Assembly: GCA_964558935.1 (NCBI GenBank)
Contig: CAZLFP010000007.1
Coordinates: 1 to 43,029, forward strand
Length of the DNA: 43,029 nucleotides
Source: an uncultured Gammaproteobacteria bacterium
GTDB taxonomy: Bacteria; Patescibacteriota; Patescibacteriia; 2-01-FULL-39-33
Direction of reading: 5' to 3'
The notes under the pieces are model-generated. The model was not told where the DNA came from, did not search any database, and saw nothing but the letters and a program-made list of their open reading frames with translations. This document shows, piece by piece, positions 18,863 to 28,981 of the stretch. Every line of letters begins with the position of its first letter. Position 1 is the first letter of the stretch. A program made the translations under genes and the position numbers.

Positions 18863-20656
18863 ATGAACATGACAAATGTAAAAACCGTTAGGCACAAAAA
18901 TACCGCCACCCAGCGTAAAAAAACGACCCGGGCCAAAGCGCGGACTTATACGTCTAACAATAACCAACACGGTAAAAAAACCGTTTCCAACTACGATAAC
19001 TTAAAAATCATTCCCTTAGGTGGTTGCGAAGAAGTGGGTCGCAACATGACCCTGTTTGAGTACAAAAACGATATCATTATCTTAGACATGGGCATTCAAT
19101 TTCCTGAAGAGGATATGCCGGGCATAGATTACATCATTCCCAACACCGAATATTTAAAGGGTAAGGAAAAAAGAATCAAGGGTGTTCTTTTGTCTCATGG
19201 CCATTTGGACCATATTGGAGCTGCTCCCATCCTGCTGGAAAAATTGGGTAACCCCCCCATTGTAGGACGCGACATGACGATTGCCATGACTAAGCATCGA
19301 CAGGAGGATTACAAAAAAGACAGCTCCAAAAAATTAAAAGTTATTAACATTAAAAACCTGAAACAAAAGGTTAAACTGGGTGCTTTTGACATCAGCTTCT
19401 TTCAAATAGAGCACTCGGTGATGGATGCCGTCGGCATAATTATCACCACCCCGGCTGCGACTGTCATTCACCCGGGAGATTGGACCTTGGAAAAAGACAG
19501 TAAAGGTAAACCCAGACTAGATTTCAGTTTTTTAGCCAAATTAAAAAGACCCACTGTTTTAATGTTGGAAAGCTTGGGTGCCATTGATGTCAGACCCAGC
19601 GCTTCCTCGGAAGAGATGAAAAAGAATTTAACCGATTTAATTTCCAAAGCACCCGGACGGGTGGTGGTGGGCACTTTCTCTTCCCAAATCGAAAGAATCG
19701 GCTGGATTATGGAACTGGCTCAAAAACTGGGCAAGAAAATCGCCTTAGATGGATATAGTATGAAAACCAACGTGGAAATTGCCAAAAAACTGGGTTACAT
19801 CAAGGTGAATAAGCAAAACATTATCAAGATAGACAAGCTCGCCGACCACCCAGACAACAAGATTATTGTCCTGTGCACCGGAGCTCAAGGTGAGGGCAAT
19901 GCCGTGCTGTCAAGAATCATTGACGGCAGCCACCGGCATGTCAAATTAAGAAAAACAGACACCGTTATTCTATCCTCTTCCATTATTCCCGGCAACGAAA
20001 GAACCATCCAAAGACTGAAAGACAATTTGTATCGTCAATGCGATAACGTAGTTCACGGCGGACTGATGGATATTCATGTCTCAGGCCATGGCAACCAACA
20101 AGATATTATTTACATGCTCAAACAAATCAAACCGGATTACTTCATACCGGTCTATGCCAACCACTACATGCTGAAAGAAGCGGCTCAACTGGCGATCAGT
20201 AATGGCTTTCGGCCGGAAAAAGTCTTTGTACCAGATAACGGTCAAATCATGGAGTTTAATAGACATTACGCCAAGCTGACTGACAAAAAAGTGCCCTCCA
20301 GCTATGTTTTTGTAGACGGTCTGGGCATTACAGACAGCAACAACGTGGTTTTAAGAGACCGTCAAATGTTGGCCGAAGAAGGTATGTTGGTGATTATTGC
20401 CACAGTAGATGCCAAAACAGGCAATCTGTTACATAATCCGGATCTGATTTCCCGTGGCTTTATTTACATGAAAGAAAATAAAAAACTGATCGAGATGACC
20501 AGGCAGAAAGTGAAGAAGATTTTACGTGACAACAATCCGACCACAGCTCCGGATGATCAGTTACTCAAAGATAAATTAAGAAACGAGATTGGTAAATTTC
20601 TCTTTCAAAAAACGGAAAAGCGTCCCATGATTTTGCCGGTGATCATTGAGGTATAA
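18863..20656 (+). CDS. rnj: Ribonuclease J
   Basis: PLGG..EVGRNM, HGHLDHIG, HVSGH and KRPMILPVIIEV. Confidence 0.95.
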   Translation: MNMTNVKTVRHKNTATQRKKTTRAKARTYTSNNNQHGKKTVSNYDNLKIIPLGGCEEVGRNMTLFEYKNDIIILDMGIQFPEEDMPGIDYIIPNTEYLKGKEKRIKGVLLSHGHLDHIGAAPILLEKLGNPPIVGRDMTIAMTKHRQEDYKKDSSKKLKVINIKNLKQKVKLGAFDISFFQIEHSVMDAVGIIITTPAATVIHPGDWTLEKDSKGKPRLDFSFLAKLKRPTVLMLESLGAIDVRPSASSEEMKKNLTDLISKAPGRVVVGTFSSQIERIGWIMELAQKLGKKIALDGYSMKTNVEIAKKLGYIKVNKQNIIKIDKLADHPDNKIIVLCTGAQGEGNAVLSRIIDGSHRHVKLRKTDTVILSSSIIPGNERTIQRLKDNLYRQCDNVVHGGLMDIHVSGHGNQQDIIYMLKQIKPDYFIPVYANHYMLKEAAQLAISNGFRPEKVFVPDNGQIMEFNRHYAKLTDKKVPSSYVFVDGLGITDSNNVVLRDRQMLAEEGMLVIIATVDAKTGNLLHNPDLISRGFIYMKENKKLIEMTRQKVKKILRDNNPTTAPDDQLLKDKLRNEIGKFLFQKTEKRPMILPVIIEV

Positions 20657-20685
20657 AAAAAGAGTGGAACCAGCGCTGATTCCAC
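20655..20685 (-). terminator. Terminator between rnj and the convergent orphan gene
   Basis: GTGGAA/TTCCAC hairpin preceded by an A7 run on the + strand. Confidence 0.55.
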
Positions 20686-20721
20686 CCAATACGTTGTGTC
20701 ACGTCCAGCCATGAAGACTGA

Positions 20722-21012
20722 CTAGCAGTCCTCAAATTCGAGTAAGTCGTGAGCAGCTAGCTCATCCGGATCCAGTGGACGCTCCACCGGCAGATGGCAT
20801 CGCTGACACAGAAAACGAAGACAGTAATTAGCATCTTGATCCTGAAAAATAATCCCAGTTTCTGATTGAAGATGGCCTTGGTCTTGACAGACAGCCACTT
20901 GCTGCTTGAACTTGTCAAAAGAACGGTCTCTTCTTTTGCGGTCATGACGATTAACCCTCGGGGGCAAATCAAGACCGTCCGGAATGCACAGATGTGTTCT
21001 TTTTGTAACCAT
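20722..21012 (-). CDS. Orphan hypothetical protein (96 aa), possibly zinc-binding
   Basis: GGAGGT SD at 21018-21023; perfect promoter; CQDQGH and CQRC motifs. Confidence 0.7.
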   Translation of the reverse strand: MVTKRTHLCIPDGLDLPPRVNRHDRKRRDRSFDKFKQQVAVCQDQGHLQSETGIIFQDQDANYCLRFLCQRCHLPVERPLDPDELAAHDLLEFEDC

Positions 21013-21040
21013 ATTCTACCTCCAGGACGCGACAATTGGT

Positions 21041-21069
21041 ATTATACGTTTCTACTTGTTTTTTGTCAA
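21041..21069 (-). promoter_or_regulatory. Consensus sigma70 promoter for the orphan gene
   Basis: Perfect TTGACA-17 bp-TATAAT. Confidence 0.8.
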
Positions 21070-21091
21070 TCCGCCTGCTAAAATAATACAT

Positions 21092-22042
21092 ATGAGTAAA
21101 AAGATAATCGTTTCCGGTATGCAGCCCTCAGGGCAGCTTCATCTGGGCAATTACCTGGGAGCGTTGCACAATTGGGTGGCAATCCAAAACAGTCACGACT
21201 ACGACTGCTTCTTTTTTATTGCCGATTACCACTCCATCACTGAAAATTACGCTCCCAAAGACAAACAACAACAGATCATTAACTTGGTTGCAGATTATTT
21301 GGCAGCCGGCTTGGATCCGGAAAAATCCACCATCTTTTTACAGTCTCAAGTTCCTGCCTGCACTGAACTGGCTTGGATCTTCAATACAGTCACTCCGATC
21401 GCTGAATTGGAGCGCATGACTCAATTTAAAGACAAATCCAACAAACAGCTTAAGAATATTAATCTGGGTTTGTTCGACTACCCGGTACTTCAAGCTGCAG
21501 ATATCTTAATCTACCACGCCAATTACGTACCGGTTGGACAGGACCAAGTCCAACACGTGGAGTTAACCAGAGATATTGCCAGATGGTTTAACAACAAATA
21601 CCAGACCAAATATTTTCCGGAAGCCAAACCCTTGCTGACAACCACACCTAAAGTCATGAGTCTGGTCAGTCCTGAGCATAAAATGTCCAAATCGGCTGGC
21701 GACAAGCATTGGATTGGCATTGATGAAGAACCGGAGATGATTGCCAAAAAAATCAGTAAAGCCGCCTCTACCCCCGAAGGCATTGAGAATCTTAAAGGTT
21801 TGTTCAAAGCGTTCCAAGACAGCATGCCGGGCAAATTTGATGCGGACAAGATGTCTGAAACCAAGCAGATTATCAGTCAAGGTTTAGCGGATCACTTTGC
21901 TCCTTTCAGACGAGCCAAAACCAAGATCATGCAAGATCAAGATTACATCAAACAAATCTTAAAACTGGGACAAGACAAAGCCAAGCCCATTGCAGACAAA
22001 ACCTTGCAAGAAGTTAAAGAAATCATTGGACTCCAGCTATAA
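21092..22042 (+). CDS. trpS: Tryptophanyl-tRNA synthetase
   Basis: SGMQPSG.LHLGNYLGA, YPVLQAADIL, PVGQDQ and KMSKS; start reassigned to ATG 21092. Confidence 0.96.
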   Translation: MSKKIIVSGMQPSGQLHLGNYLGALHNWVAIQNSHDYDCFFFIADYHSITENYAPKDKQQQIINLVADYLAAGLDPEKSTIFLQSQVPACTELAWIFNTVTPIAELERMTQFKDKSNKQLKNINLGLFDYPVLQAADILIYHANYVPVGQDQVQHVELTRDIARWFNNKYQTKYFPEAKPLLTTTPKVMSLVSPEHKMSKSAGDKHWIGIDEEPEMIAKKISKAASTPEGIENLKGLFKAFQDSMPGKFDADKMSETKQIISQGLADHFAPFRRAKTKIMQDQDYIKQILKLGQDKAKPIADKTLQEVKEIIGLQL

Positions 22043-22071
22043 AAAAATCCAGCTCTCAACTGGATTTTTTT
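22041..22071. terminator. Bidirectional terminator between trpS and the DUF6498 gene
   Basis: AAAAAAATCCAG/CTGGATTTTTTT inverted repeat. Confidence 0.7.
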
Positions 22072-22727
22072 CTTCCACTTACATTATTGAAAAACCCCAG
22101 CCCTGCTTTAAGGGGTTGTTTTTTTAAGGTATGCACTTTGTTGTGTGCACCCACATCCAACCAAATTTTAAGTAGAACAAAGACAAAAATAACCAAGCTA
22201 GAATTATTCAAAGCTAAAGAGATAAAACCGCCAAATAAAATTGTCAGATGCATCACAATTATTCTAACATATGGTTGAAACATAATATCAGTAATTCTCA
22301 GCTTCTGGTACTCTTGCTTACCTAAAAAATTCTCGTAGTAGGATATACCATGACTGATGAAAAAGGAAATAAAAGATAACAAAAACCAAATAACCGACTG
22401 ACTGCCTGCTAGATAACCTGTTAAATTTGCATTCCGAACCTGACCTATCCCGCCGAACATGATGAGAATAAAAGACAAATGGCCAGACATGAACATACCG
22501 TAATGCACCAAAAAAAAGGGCACCATGCCCAAACTAACTAATCTATCCGTCTTGAACATTTTAAGTATGTTGTAAAAACCAATAACCGCACTCTCAGTCC
22601 AATACACCAACATGATATCAATAGCTTGCCAATTAAAAAAAACGAGGCCTAAAATCGGTAAACAATTAACCGCCACCAAAGCATAGAGAGAACGATCTGG
22701 TTTTTGTCTCAGTGGTATTAAACTCAT
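22056..22727 (-). CDS. DUF6498-like membrane protein
   Basis: N..P..G..FF.W......YW.E..VIG, FFLVHYG.F and PY.RI..MH patterns. Confidence 0.7.
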   Translation of the reverse strand: MSLIPLRQKPDRSLYALVAVNCLPILGLVFFNWQAIDIMLVYWTESAVIGFYNILKMFKTDRLVSLGMVPFFLVHYGMFMSGHLSFILIMFGGIGQVRNANLTGYLAGSQSVIWFLLSFISFFISHGISYYENFLGKQEYQKLRITDIMFQPYVRIIVMHLTILFGGFISLALNNSSLVIFVFVLLKIWLDVGAHNKVHTLKKQPLKAGLGFFNNVSGRKKSS

Positions 22728-24109
22728 GATATTAACTTAACAACCTGTTGTTTTATCCTAACCACCTCTGATTTGGTCAAAGCCTCGATATTTAAGCGAA
22801 CCAATGGTTCGGTATGGGATGGTCTAAGATTGAAAAACCAGGACCCGCCATCCACTGAGATACCATCTAGCTCTGCAATTTTGTAAGCTTGGTATTTCCT
22901 GAGTATCTTAACTTTGATTTGCTCAAAACTGGTCTGCTTTAATTTAAAATTCAATTCACCTGAAATCGCATATTTCTTAAGATAGCCTGACAGCGCTTGC
23001 TTGAGAGACAAAGCATGTTCAGCCAGATATTCTAAAACAAGCAAGACCGGTATAATGGCATCACCATACACATAATTTCTTGTTTTATCCTGAAACTTGA
23101 AATTAAACATGTAATGACCAGAATTCTCACAGCCGAAATAGATTTTACGCTTATACATCAAATTAACGATATTGGAATACCCGGCCGGAGTAATAACCGG
23201 TACTCCCCCATGGGCCTGAATCTCGACTGACAAGGCCTTCGGCAGACGAGCATCAATCACGATTTTGGGATGGTAAACCTTGCTGTCTCTGAGCTTGTCT
23301 AAAACAATCTTAACCAGCAGGCAGTTTAAATAAAACGGCGGAATGACTTGTCCCAAATGATTGATAAAAACACAACGGTCAGCATCACCATCGTAAAGAA
23401 TGCCCAAATCCGCTTGTACCTTTTTCACTTCCTGTTGAATGCTTTGCTGATTCTTGGCTAACATCGGATTTAAATCATGATCCGGATACTTGTCATGAGG
23501 TCTAAAATTCATCTTAGTCACTTTTGAATTCAACCTGACCATCACATAATCCAACAATCTGGCACCGGAACCGCTACTGTTATCCACCACCAGTTTAAAG
23601 CCCTTGATTGTATTAAAGTTAACAAATGATTTAATAAACCTGAAATAGTCGGCAGACAGATTAATCTGAGCATAACCACCCAACCGACCCTTGACGTCGG
23701 GCATATCAGCTTGAGCTAAACTCCGGATTTGGTCCAATCCGGTAGACAAGCCAATTAAAACTCCGGTCTGTCCGCACATTTTCAGACCGGTATAGCCTTG
23801 AGGATTATGTGAAGCAGTCACCATCGTACCGCCGTCTAACTTTTTGTTTCCCACTCCAAAAAACATAACTGGTGTACTATCCACTCCCAAATCATATACC
23901 TTAACTCCTTCTTGTCTGACACCACGAATAAAATCATCGCAGATTCGTTTAGATTCCAGTCTGAAATCTTTTGCGATTAATATCCGCTTGGGTCGGTAAG
24001 CCTGGGCGTAAGCTCGACCGATTCGGTAAGCAGCTTCCTCATCCAATTGCGCCGGATATTTACCTCGGATATCGTAAGATTTGAAAATTGTAGGATCAAT
24101 TTGAGACAT
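22724..24109 (-). CDS. Phosphomannomutase/phosphoglucomutase
   Basis: FKSYDIRG, TASHNP, DGDADR, ENSGH and RPSHTEP. Confidence 0.93.
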   Translation of the reverse strand: MSQIDPTIFKSYDIRGKYPAQLDEEAAYRIGRAYAQAYRPKRILIAKDFRLESKRICDDFIRGVRQEGVKVYDLGVDSTPVMFFGVGNKKLDGGTMVTASHNPQGYTGLKMCGQTGVLIGLSTGLDQIRSLAQADMPDVKGRLGGYAQINLSADYFRFIKSFVNFNTIKGFKLVVDNSSGSGARLLDYVMVRLNSKVTKMNFRPHDKYPDHDLNPMLAKNQQSIQQEVKKVQADLGILYDGDADRCVFINHLGQVIPPFYLNCLLVKIVLDKLRDSKVYHPKIVIDARLPKALSVEIQAHGGVPVITPAGYSNIVNLMYKRKIYFGCENSGHYMFNFKFQDKTRNYVYGDAIIPVLLVLEYLAEHALSLKQALSGYLKKYAISGELNFKLKQTSFEQIKVKILRKYQAYKIAELDGISVDGGSWFFNLRPSHTEPLVRLNIEALTKSEVVRIKQQVVKLIS

Positions 24110-25335
24110 TACTTAATTTTAGCGTAAACCAAACGACTGGTTACAACTAGACCTCCCATGCCCCACAGAATCATAATCAGTCTGAACAACCAACCAATCC
24201 AAGGTATTAAAGTTAAAATGTTAATCAGGACCAAACCAAGCATAAATTTCCAGATTAAATGCACTTGGTCTTTTTGAACCGTCTTTTTAATGATCCAGTC
24301 TCCGACCGCCATAGAAGCCATCACAGTACCTAAGTAGAATAATAAGCAGTAAATACCCAATAGAATAAAAGACAGTGGCAATCCAATCACAGTCATCATT
24401 AAAATGAACAAGATAAAAGGTGTGACAAAGAAAACTGCCGTACCCCAACCCAATGTTGACCAAAATTCTTGTTTCATTCTAACCACCATCTCTGTACTCA
24501 GCTTGTTAAACAAAATCAAGTACAAGATACCCACTGCCAAACAGCCCAAAAACATGACCAGCCAAATTGAAGCTAAAAATGACATAATCATAGCTTCCAA
24601 CTGCTGTTGACCGATTATTACTTGGGTATCCAATGGCACATAACTGGTCTGTCCGTTAATCTGAGCACTGCCATGCAAAGACAATTGCTGACTGTCGACA
24701 GCTTTGTATGTCAAATTGCCCTGAACAACTGCCTGTGGACTTAAAGACAAACTACCCTCTTCTTCCATTTCCGCATAAACATCACCGTCCACTTGACCGG
24801 CAATCAGTAAAGCTGCTCCAAACAAATTGGCGTGACGGTTGATTCGGCCGTTGAAAGACACTGCTGCACCAAAACCGGAAGCATCCCAAGCCACTTGCGA
24901 TTCCTCGCCTAAAATAACGTTTGCACCGAATAAATTGGCATTCTTGCCGACTTGTGAATTCACCACCACATTATTACCGGCCGCCCAAACACTGCCGGTC
25001 ACCGGTCCGTTAATGGCGATATTACTACCGACCGCATACACGTTACCATGAACGCTACCGTTAAGGGTAAGATTGGCTCCGGCCAGATAGACATCACCAT
25101 CAATATCCCCCTGCAAGGTAATTAAGCCACCGGCCAGAATAACATCACCCTTAACTTGACCTTCAATGATCAGGGATTCTCCGGCTTTAAGCAAGGTTTG
25201 ATTAACAACTTGGTCCTGAGCCAAATGGTAGTTGTCAGACATCATGTCTTGACCAGCCCAAGCTGCTAAAGGCAAACAAAAAATAGCCACCAGCATGACC
25301 GCTAACCAGTGTTTTGAAAGTTTAAACATAGTCAA
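24109..25335 (-). CDS. Bactofilin-like beta-helix repeat protein with signal peptide and C-terminal TM bundle
   Basis: Signal peptide, repeated G.V.GDV..AG..I.I units, and 4-5 C-terminal TM segments. Confidence 0.7.
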   Translation of the reverse strand: MTMFKLSKHWLAVMLVAIFCLPLAAWAGQDMMSDNYHLAQDQVVNQTLLKAGESLIIEGQVKGDVILAGGLITLQGDIDGDVYLAGANLTLNGSVHGNVYAVGSNIAINGPVTGSVWAAGNNVVVNSQVGKNANLFGANVILGEESQVAWDASGFGAAVSFNGRINRHANLFGAALLIAGQVDGDVYAEMEEEGSLSLSPQAVVQGNLTYKAVDSQQLSLHGSAQINGQTSYVPLDTQVIIGQQQLEAMIMSFLASIWLVMFLGCLAVGILYLILFNKLSTEMVVRMKQEFWSTLGWGTAVFFVTPFILFILMMTVIGLPLSFILLGIYCLLFYLGTVMASMAVGDWIIKKTVQKDQVHLIWKFMLGLVLINILTLIPWIGWLFRLIMILWGMGGLVVTSRLVYAKIK

Positions 25336-25376
25336 TTGTTATGATTGATTGAATGTATATTAATAATGGTATTATA

Positions 25377-26105
25377 TCATTTTTTGTAAGCAACGGCTAT
25401 TAGGTTATGACCTTGCAATCGACTGACGGGCCGTCCTTTAAGTTGGTAGTCAAGGGTTTTAATCTCAAAGCCCACCTGCTTTAACAGCCGTCTCAATTCA
25501 GGTTTGGTGAAGGCATGGGCATACCTGACTTTGACATCCCCGGTCATTTTCCAAGGTACGAAAAAATCCTGGTATGACCAAGCACGGTACTTGAGTTTGT
25601 GTTTGACATTAAACCAACTGAGTGCGTATTGAGTGAAATATTTGAGTTGAAATAAATTCCAAGTCGATACAATGAGGTAGCTACCCGGCTTAAGGCTGGT
25701 GTAAATCTGATGCAACACCTTTAATCTTAACTCATGGGTAGGAATATGATGTAAAACAGCAATTAACAACACCAGATCATACTGGCTATCAGCTAAGCCT
25801 GGCTCTAAAATATTTTTAACTTGGAATTGAAGATGCCGGCAGTCTGCATAACGTTCTTGAGCCAATCTAATTAATTGCTCGGAATCATCCAATCCCAGAT
25901 ACTGCAGTCGGTAGTTTTTAAACAACTCGGCCATCCGGCCATTACCGCAACCCAAATCCAAAACAGATATTCCGTCTTTAACATAATCTTGAATAAAATT
26001 AAAACCGGGCCAAGACCGACTGCGAGTACTGGAAAAATCTGACGCAATCTGGTTGTAGATCTTATGAGTTTGAGCTAAAATGGCTTGTATATCTTGCGGT
26101 CTCAT
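25377..26105 (-). CDS. Class I SAM methyltransferase, Trm9/ALKBH8-like (putative tRNA cm5U34 methyltransferase)
   Basis: YNQIASDFSSTR...WP, VLDLGCGNG, IAVLHHI, LKPG, QDFFVPWK and RYAHAF...EL; divergent from elp3. Confidence 0.78.
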   Translation of the reverse strand: MRPQDIQAILAQTHKIYNQIASDFSSTRSRSWPGFNFIQDYVKDGISVLDLGCGNGRMAELFKNYRLQYLGLDDSEQLIRLAQERYADCRHLQFQVKNILEPGLADSQYDLVLLIAVLHHIPTHELRLKVLHQIYTSLKPGSYLIVSTWNLFQLKYFTQYALSWFNVKHKLKYRAWSYQDFFVPWKMTGDVKVRYAHAFTKPELRRLLKQVGFEIKTLDYQLKGRPVSRLQGHNLIAVAYKK

Positions 26106-26145
26106 CTAATTGCTATTAATTATCAGCTAGCATATAATAAACGGG

Positions 26146-27714
26146 ATGGAAAAGAAAAAACTTAATTTAATTATTGAAGATTTAATTCAAGCTAAACCAA
26201 CTGACCAAAACCAGCTGGTTAAAGCTGTTCGGCGCATATCCAGCCGACTTCAAACAGCCCCACCTAAAAAAGCAGATCTGTTGTCAGCATACCATAAATT
26301 GGTTAAAAGTAAAAAAATTATGGCTCAACCCGAGCTTGCACAGCTGCTGACCAAACGAGCTGTCAGAACCATGTCAGGCGTGGCTGTAATCTCGGTTTTA
26401 ACCAAACCGGCTGACTGTCCCGGTCAATGTTTGTTTTGCCCCACTCAACCGGCTATGCCTAAAAGCTATTTGGCGAATGAACCGGCTGTTATGCGAGCAA
26501 TCTTAAATCAGTTTCATCCTTTCAAACAGATTAAAATGAGACTGAAAGCTTTACAAGATAATGGTCATGCGACTGACAAAATTGAATTGATTGTCATGGG
26601 CGGCACCTGGTCCTGCCACTCTCTTCAATACCAATCTTGGTTCATTAAACAGTGTTTTGAAGCATTAAATGGCAAAAAAGCCACTAATTTGGCCCAAGCC
26701 CATCAGCATAACCAAACCGCCAAACATCGCTGTGTTGGTTTAACCTTGGAAACCAGGCCGGATTACATTAATGAGGCAGAGATCAAGCGTTTGAGACAAT
26801 TGGGTTGCACCCGAGTAGAATTGGGCATCCAACATATCAGAGAGGATATTCTCAAGCATAATTGTCGCGGTCATGATGTTAAAACTAGCATTCGAGCGAT
26901 TGCTTTGCTCAAACAAGCCGGCTTTAAAATCAATTACCATCTGATGTTGAACCTACCCGGGTCTACCCCGACTTTAGACTTCCAGATGTTTAAAACCATC
27001 TATACTCATCCCGATTGGATGCCGGATATGGTTAAAATCTACCCCTGCGTAGTCACTCAAGATTCTCAATTGTATGAAATCTACCGACAAGGCGGTTACA
27101 CTCCATACACAGACAAACAACTGCTCGCCCTGTTGGTTAAGATTAAAAAAATCACTCCTTCATATGTTAGAATAACCCGTTTGATTCGAGATATTCCGGC
27201 AGAAAGCATTCAAGCCGGCAACAAGATTACCAATTTAAGACAGCTGATCGGGGATCTCAGTCAACAACAGGGTTGGAGCTGTCAGTGCATTCGTTGCCGA
27301 GAAGCCGGACACCAGACCGACTTAAGTCCGCTTAATGATGAGATTCAAATTCTGGAATATACGGCCAGTCAAGGCAGAGAATTCTTTTTAAGCTTTGAAT
27401 CCTTGGATAAGAAAGTGCTGTATGCTTTTTTAAGATTAAGGATTAACCGTCAGTCAGCTAATTTCATACCGGAACTTAAACAAGCTGCTTTAGTCAGAGA
27501 GGTTCACACTTACGGACAACTCACGGCTCTTAAACAAACCGGGCAAGTGCAGCACACCGGACTGGGTAAACGGCTGCTGAACAAGGCGGAGGAAATTTGT
27601 ATAACCCAAAACATCGCCAAGCTGGCGGTTATCTCCGGCATCGGCGTTAGACAGTATTATGCCAAGCTGGGTTATGAGCTTAAAGGCACTTACATGGTTA
27701 AAAACTTGAATTGA
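26146..27714 (+). CDS. elp3: Elp3-family radical SAM/KAT tRNA U34 carboxymethyltransferase
   Basis: RTMSGVAVI, CPGQCLFCP, PKSY, ETRPD, CQCIRCRE, REVHTYG, QHTGLGKRLL and ISGIGVRQYY.KLGY. Confidence 0.93.
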   Translation: MEKKKLNLIIEDLIQAKPTDQNQLVKAVRRISSRLQTAPPKKADLLSAYHKLVKSKKIMAQPELAQLLTKRAVRTMSGVAVISVLTKPADCPGQCLFCPTQPAMPKSYLANEPAVMRAILNQFHPFKQIKMRLKALQDNGHATDKIELIVMGGTWSCHSLQYQSWFIKQCFEALNGKKATNLAQAHQHNQTAKHRCVGLTLETRPDYINEAEIKRLRQLGCTRVELGIQHIREDILKHNCRGHDVKTSIRAIALLKQAGFKINYHLMLNLPGSTPTLDFQMFKTIYTHPDWMPDMVKIYPCVVTQDSQLYEIYRQGGYTPYTDKQLLALLVKIKKITPSYVRITRLIRDIPAESIQAGNKITNLRQLIGDLSQQQGWSCQCIRCREAGHQTDLSPLNDEIQILEYTASQGREFFLSFESLDKKVLYAFLRLRINRQSANFIPELKQAALVREVHTYGQLTALKQTGQVQHTGLGKRLLNKAEEICITQNIAKLAVISGIGVRQYYAKLGYELKGTYMVKNLN

Positions 27715-27745
27715 TCTTCTTTGTCAGATAAGTTAAGATATATTT

Positions 27746-28981
27746 ATGCACAAAAACAAAATTATTTCATTAATTAAGCAAGAAATCAGCCGTCAACAAA
27801 CAGGTCTGGTTATGATCGCCTCAGAAAATTACGCCTCACCGGATGTTTTAGCTGCCATGGGTACCCCGTTGTCCAATAAATATTCAGAGGGCTACCCAGG
27901 CAAAAGATACTACACCGGCAACCAGTACATCGACGACATTGAATCACTGGCTCAAGAGTTGGCTTTGAAAATCTTTAATCTCAACCCTCAAGACTGGCAT
28001 GTCAACGTCCAACCCCACAGCGGTTCTTCGGCTAATTTGGCAGCTTACTTGGGCTTACTTAAAACAGGTGATACCATTTTGGGTATGGATTTGGGAGCCG
28101 GTGGTCATTTGACTCATGGCAGTCCGGTGAATTGGTCAGGCAAATTATTTAACTTCGTATACTACACTGTCGATTCCCAAACACATACATTGGATTACCA
28201 AGAAATACTAAGAGTTGCTCAAAAAGCACAGCCCAAACTGATAGTATGCGGAGCAACTGCCTATACCCAACTCATAGATTTCAAGCAATTTCGTCAAATC
28301 GCTGACCAAGTCAATGCGTATCTGCTGGCAGATATTGCCCATATTGCCGGCTTGGTCGTGGGCGAGGTACACCCATCACCTTTTCCGTATGCTGACGTGG
28401 TCACTACTACAACCCACAAAACTCTGCGCGGACCCAGAAGTGCTATCATTATCTGTAAAGCTGAATTGGCCAAAGCCATAGATACGGCGGTTTTTCCGGG
28501 CATGCAAGGCGGACCCTTGGATCATGTCACCGCTGCCAAGGCCATGTGTTTTGCGGAAGCTTTAAGCTCAAAATTTAAACAAGATCAAATACAAACGGTT
28601 AAAAACGCTCAGGTCTTGGCTCAAGCACTCAAAGATCAGGGACTGAAGTTAATTGCCGACAGTACTCAAAACCATCTACTGCTGGTAGATTGCCAGCCTT
28701 TGAACATTACGGGCAAACAAGCGGCCGACGCCTTAGCTCGAGCAGATATTTACACCAATGCCAACATGATTCCTTTTGATCCTGCCTCGCCTCTTAATCC
28801 ATCCGGAATTCGTCTTGGCACACCGGCTCTGACCACTCGAGGCATGCAAGAACCAGAGATGCAAACCATTGCGGGTTGGATTGTGCAAATTTTGAAAGAT
28901 ATTGGCAATGACACATTAATCTCAGACCTTAAACAGCAAGTCCATAAGCTAACCAAACAATTCCCTGTCTACCATGAATAA
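27746..28981 (+). CDS. glyA: Serine hydroxymethyltransferase
   Basis: IASENY, NKYSEGYPGKRYY, GGHLTHG and TTTTHKTLRGPR. Confidence 0.97.
   Translation: MHKNKIISLIKQEISRQQTGLVMIASENYASPDVLAAMGTPLSNKYSEGYPGKRYYTGNQYIDDIESLAQELALKIFNLNPQDWHVNVQPHSGSSANLAAYLGLLKTGDTILGMDLGAGGHLTHGSPVNWSGKLFNFVYYTVDSQTHTLDYQEILRVAQKAQPKLIVCGATAYTQLIDFKQFRQIADQVNAYLLADIAHIAGLVVGEVHPSPFPYADVVTTTTHKTLRGPRSAIIICKAELAKAIDTAVFPGMQGGPLDHVTAAKAMCFAEALSSKFKQDQIQTVKNAQVLAQALKDQGLKLIADSTQNHLLLVDCQPLNITGKQAADALARADIYTNANMIPFDPASPLNPSGIRLGTPALTTRGMQEPEMQTIAGWIVQILKDIGNDTLISDLKQQVHKLTKQFPVYHE

Noticed and set aside
20984-21091. ORF-track N-terminal extension of trpS
   Set aside because: It overlaps a divergent gene and its promoter; TrpRS similarity starts at MSKKIIVSG.
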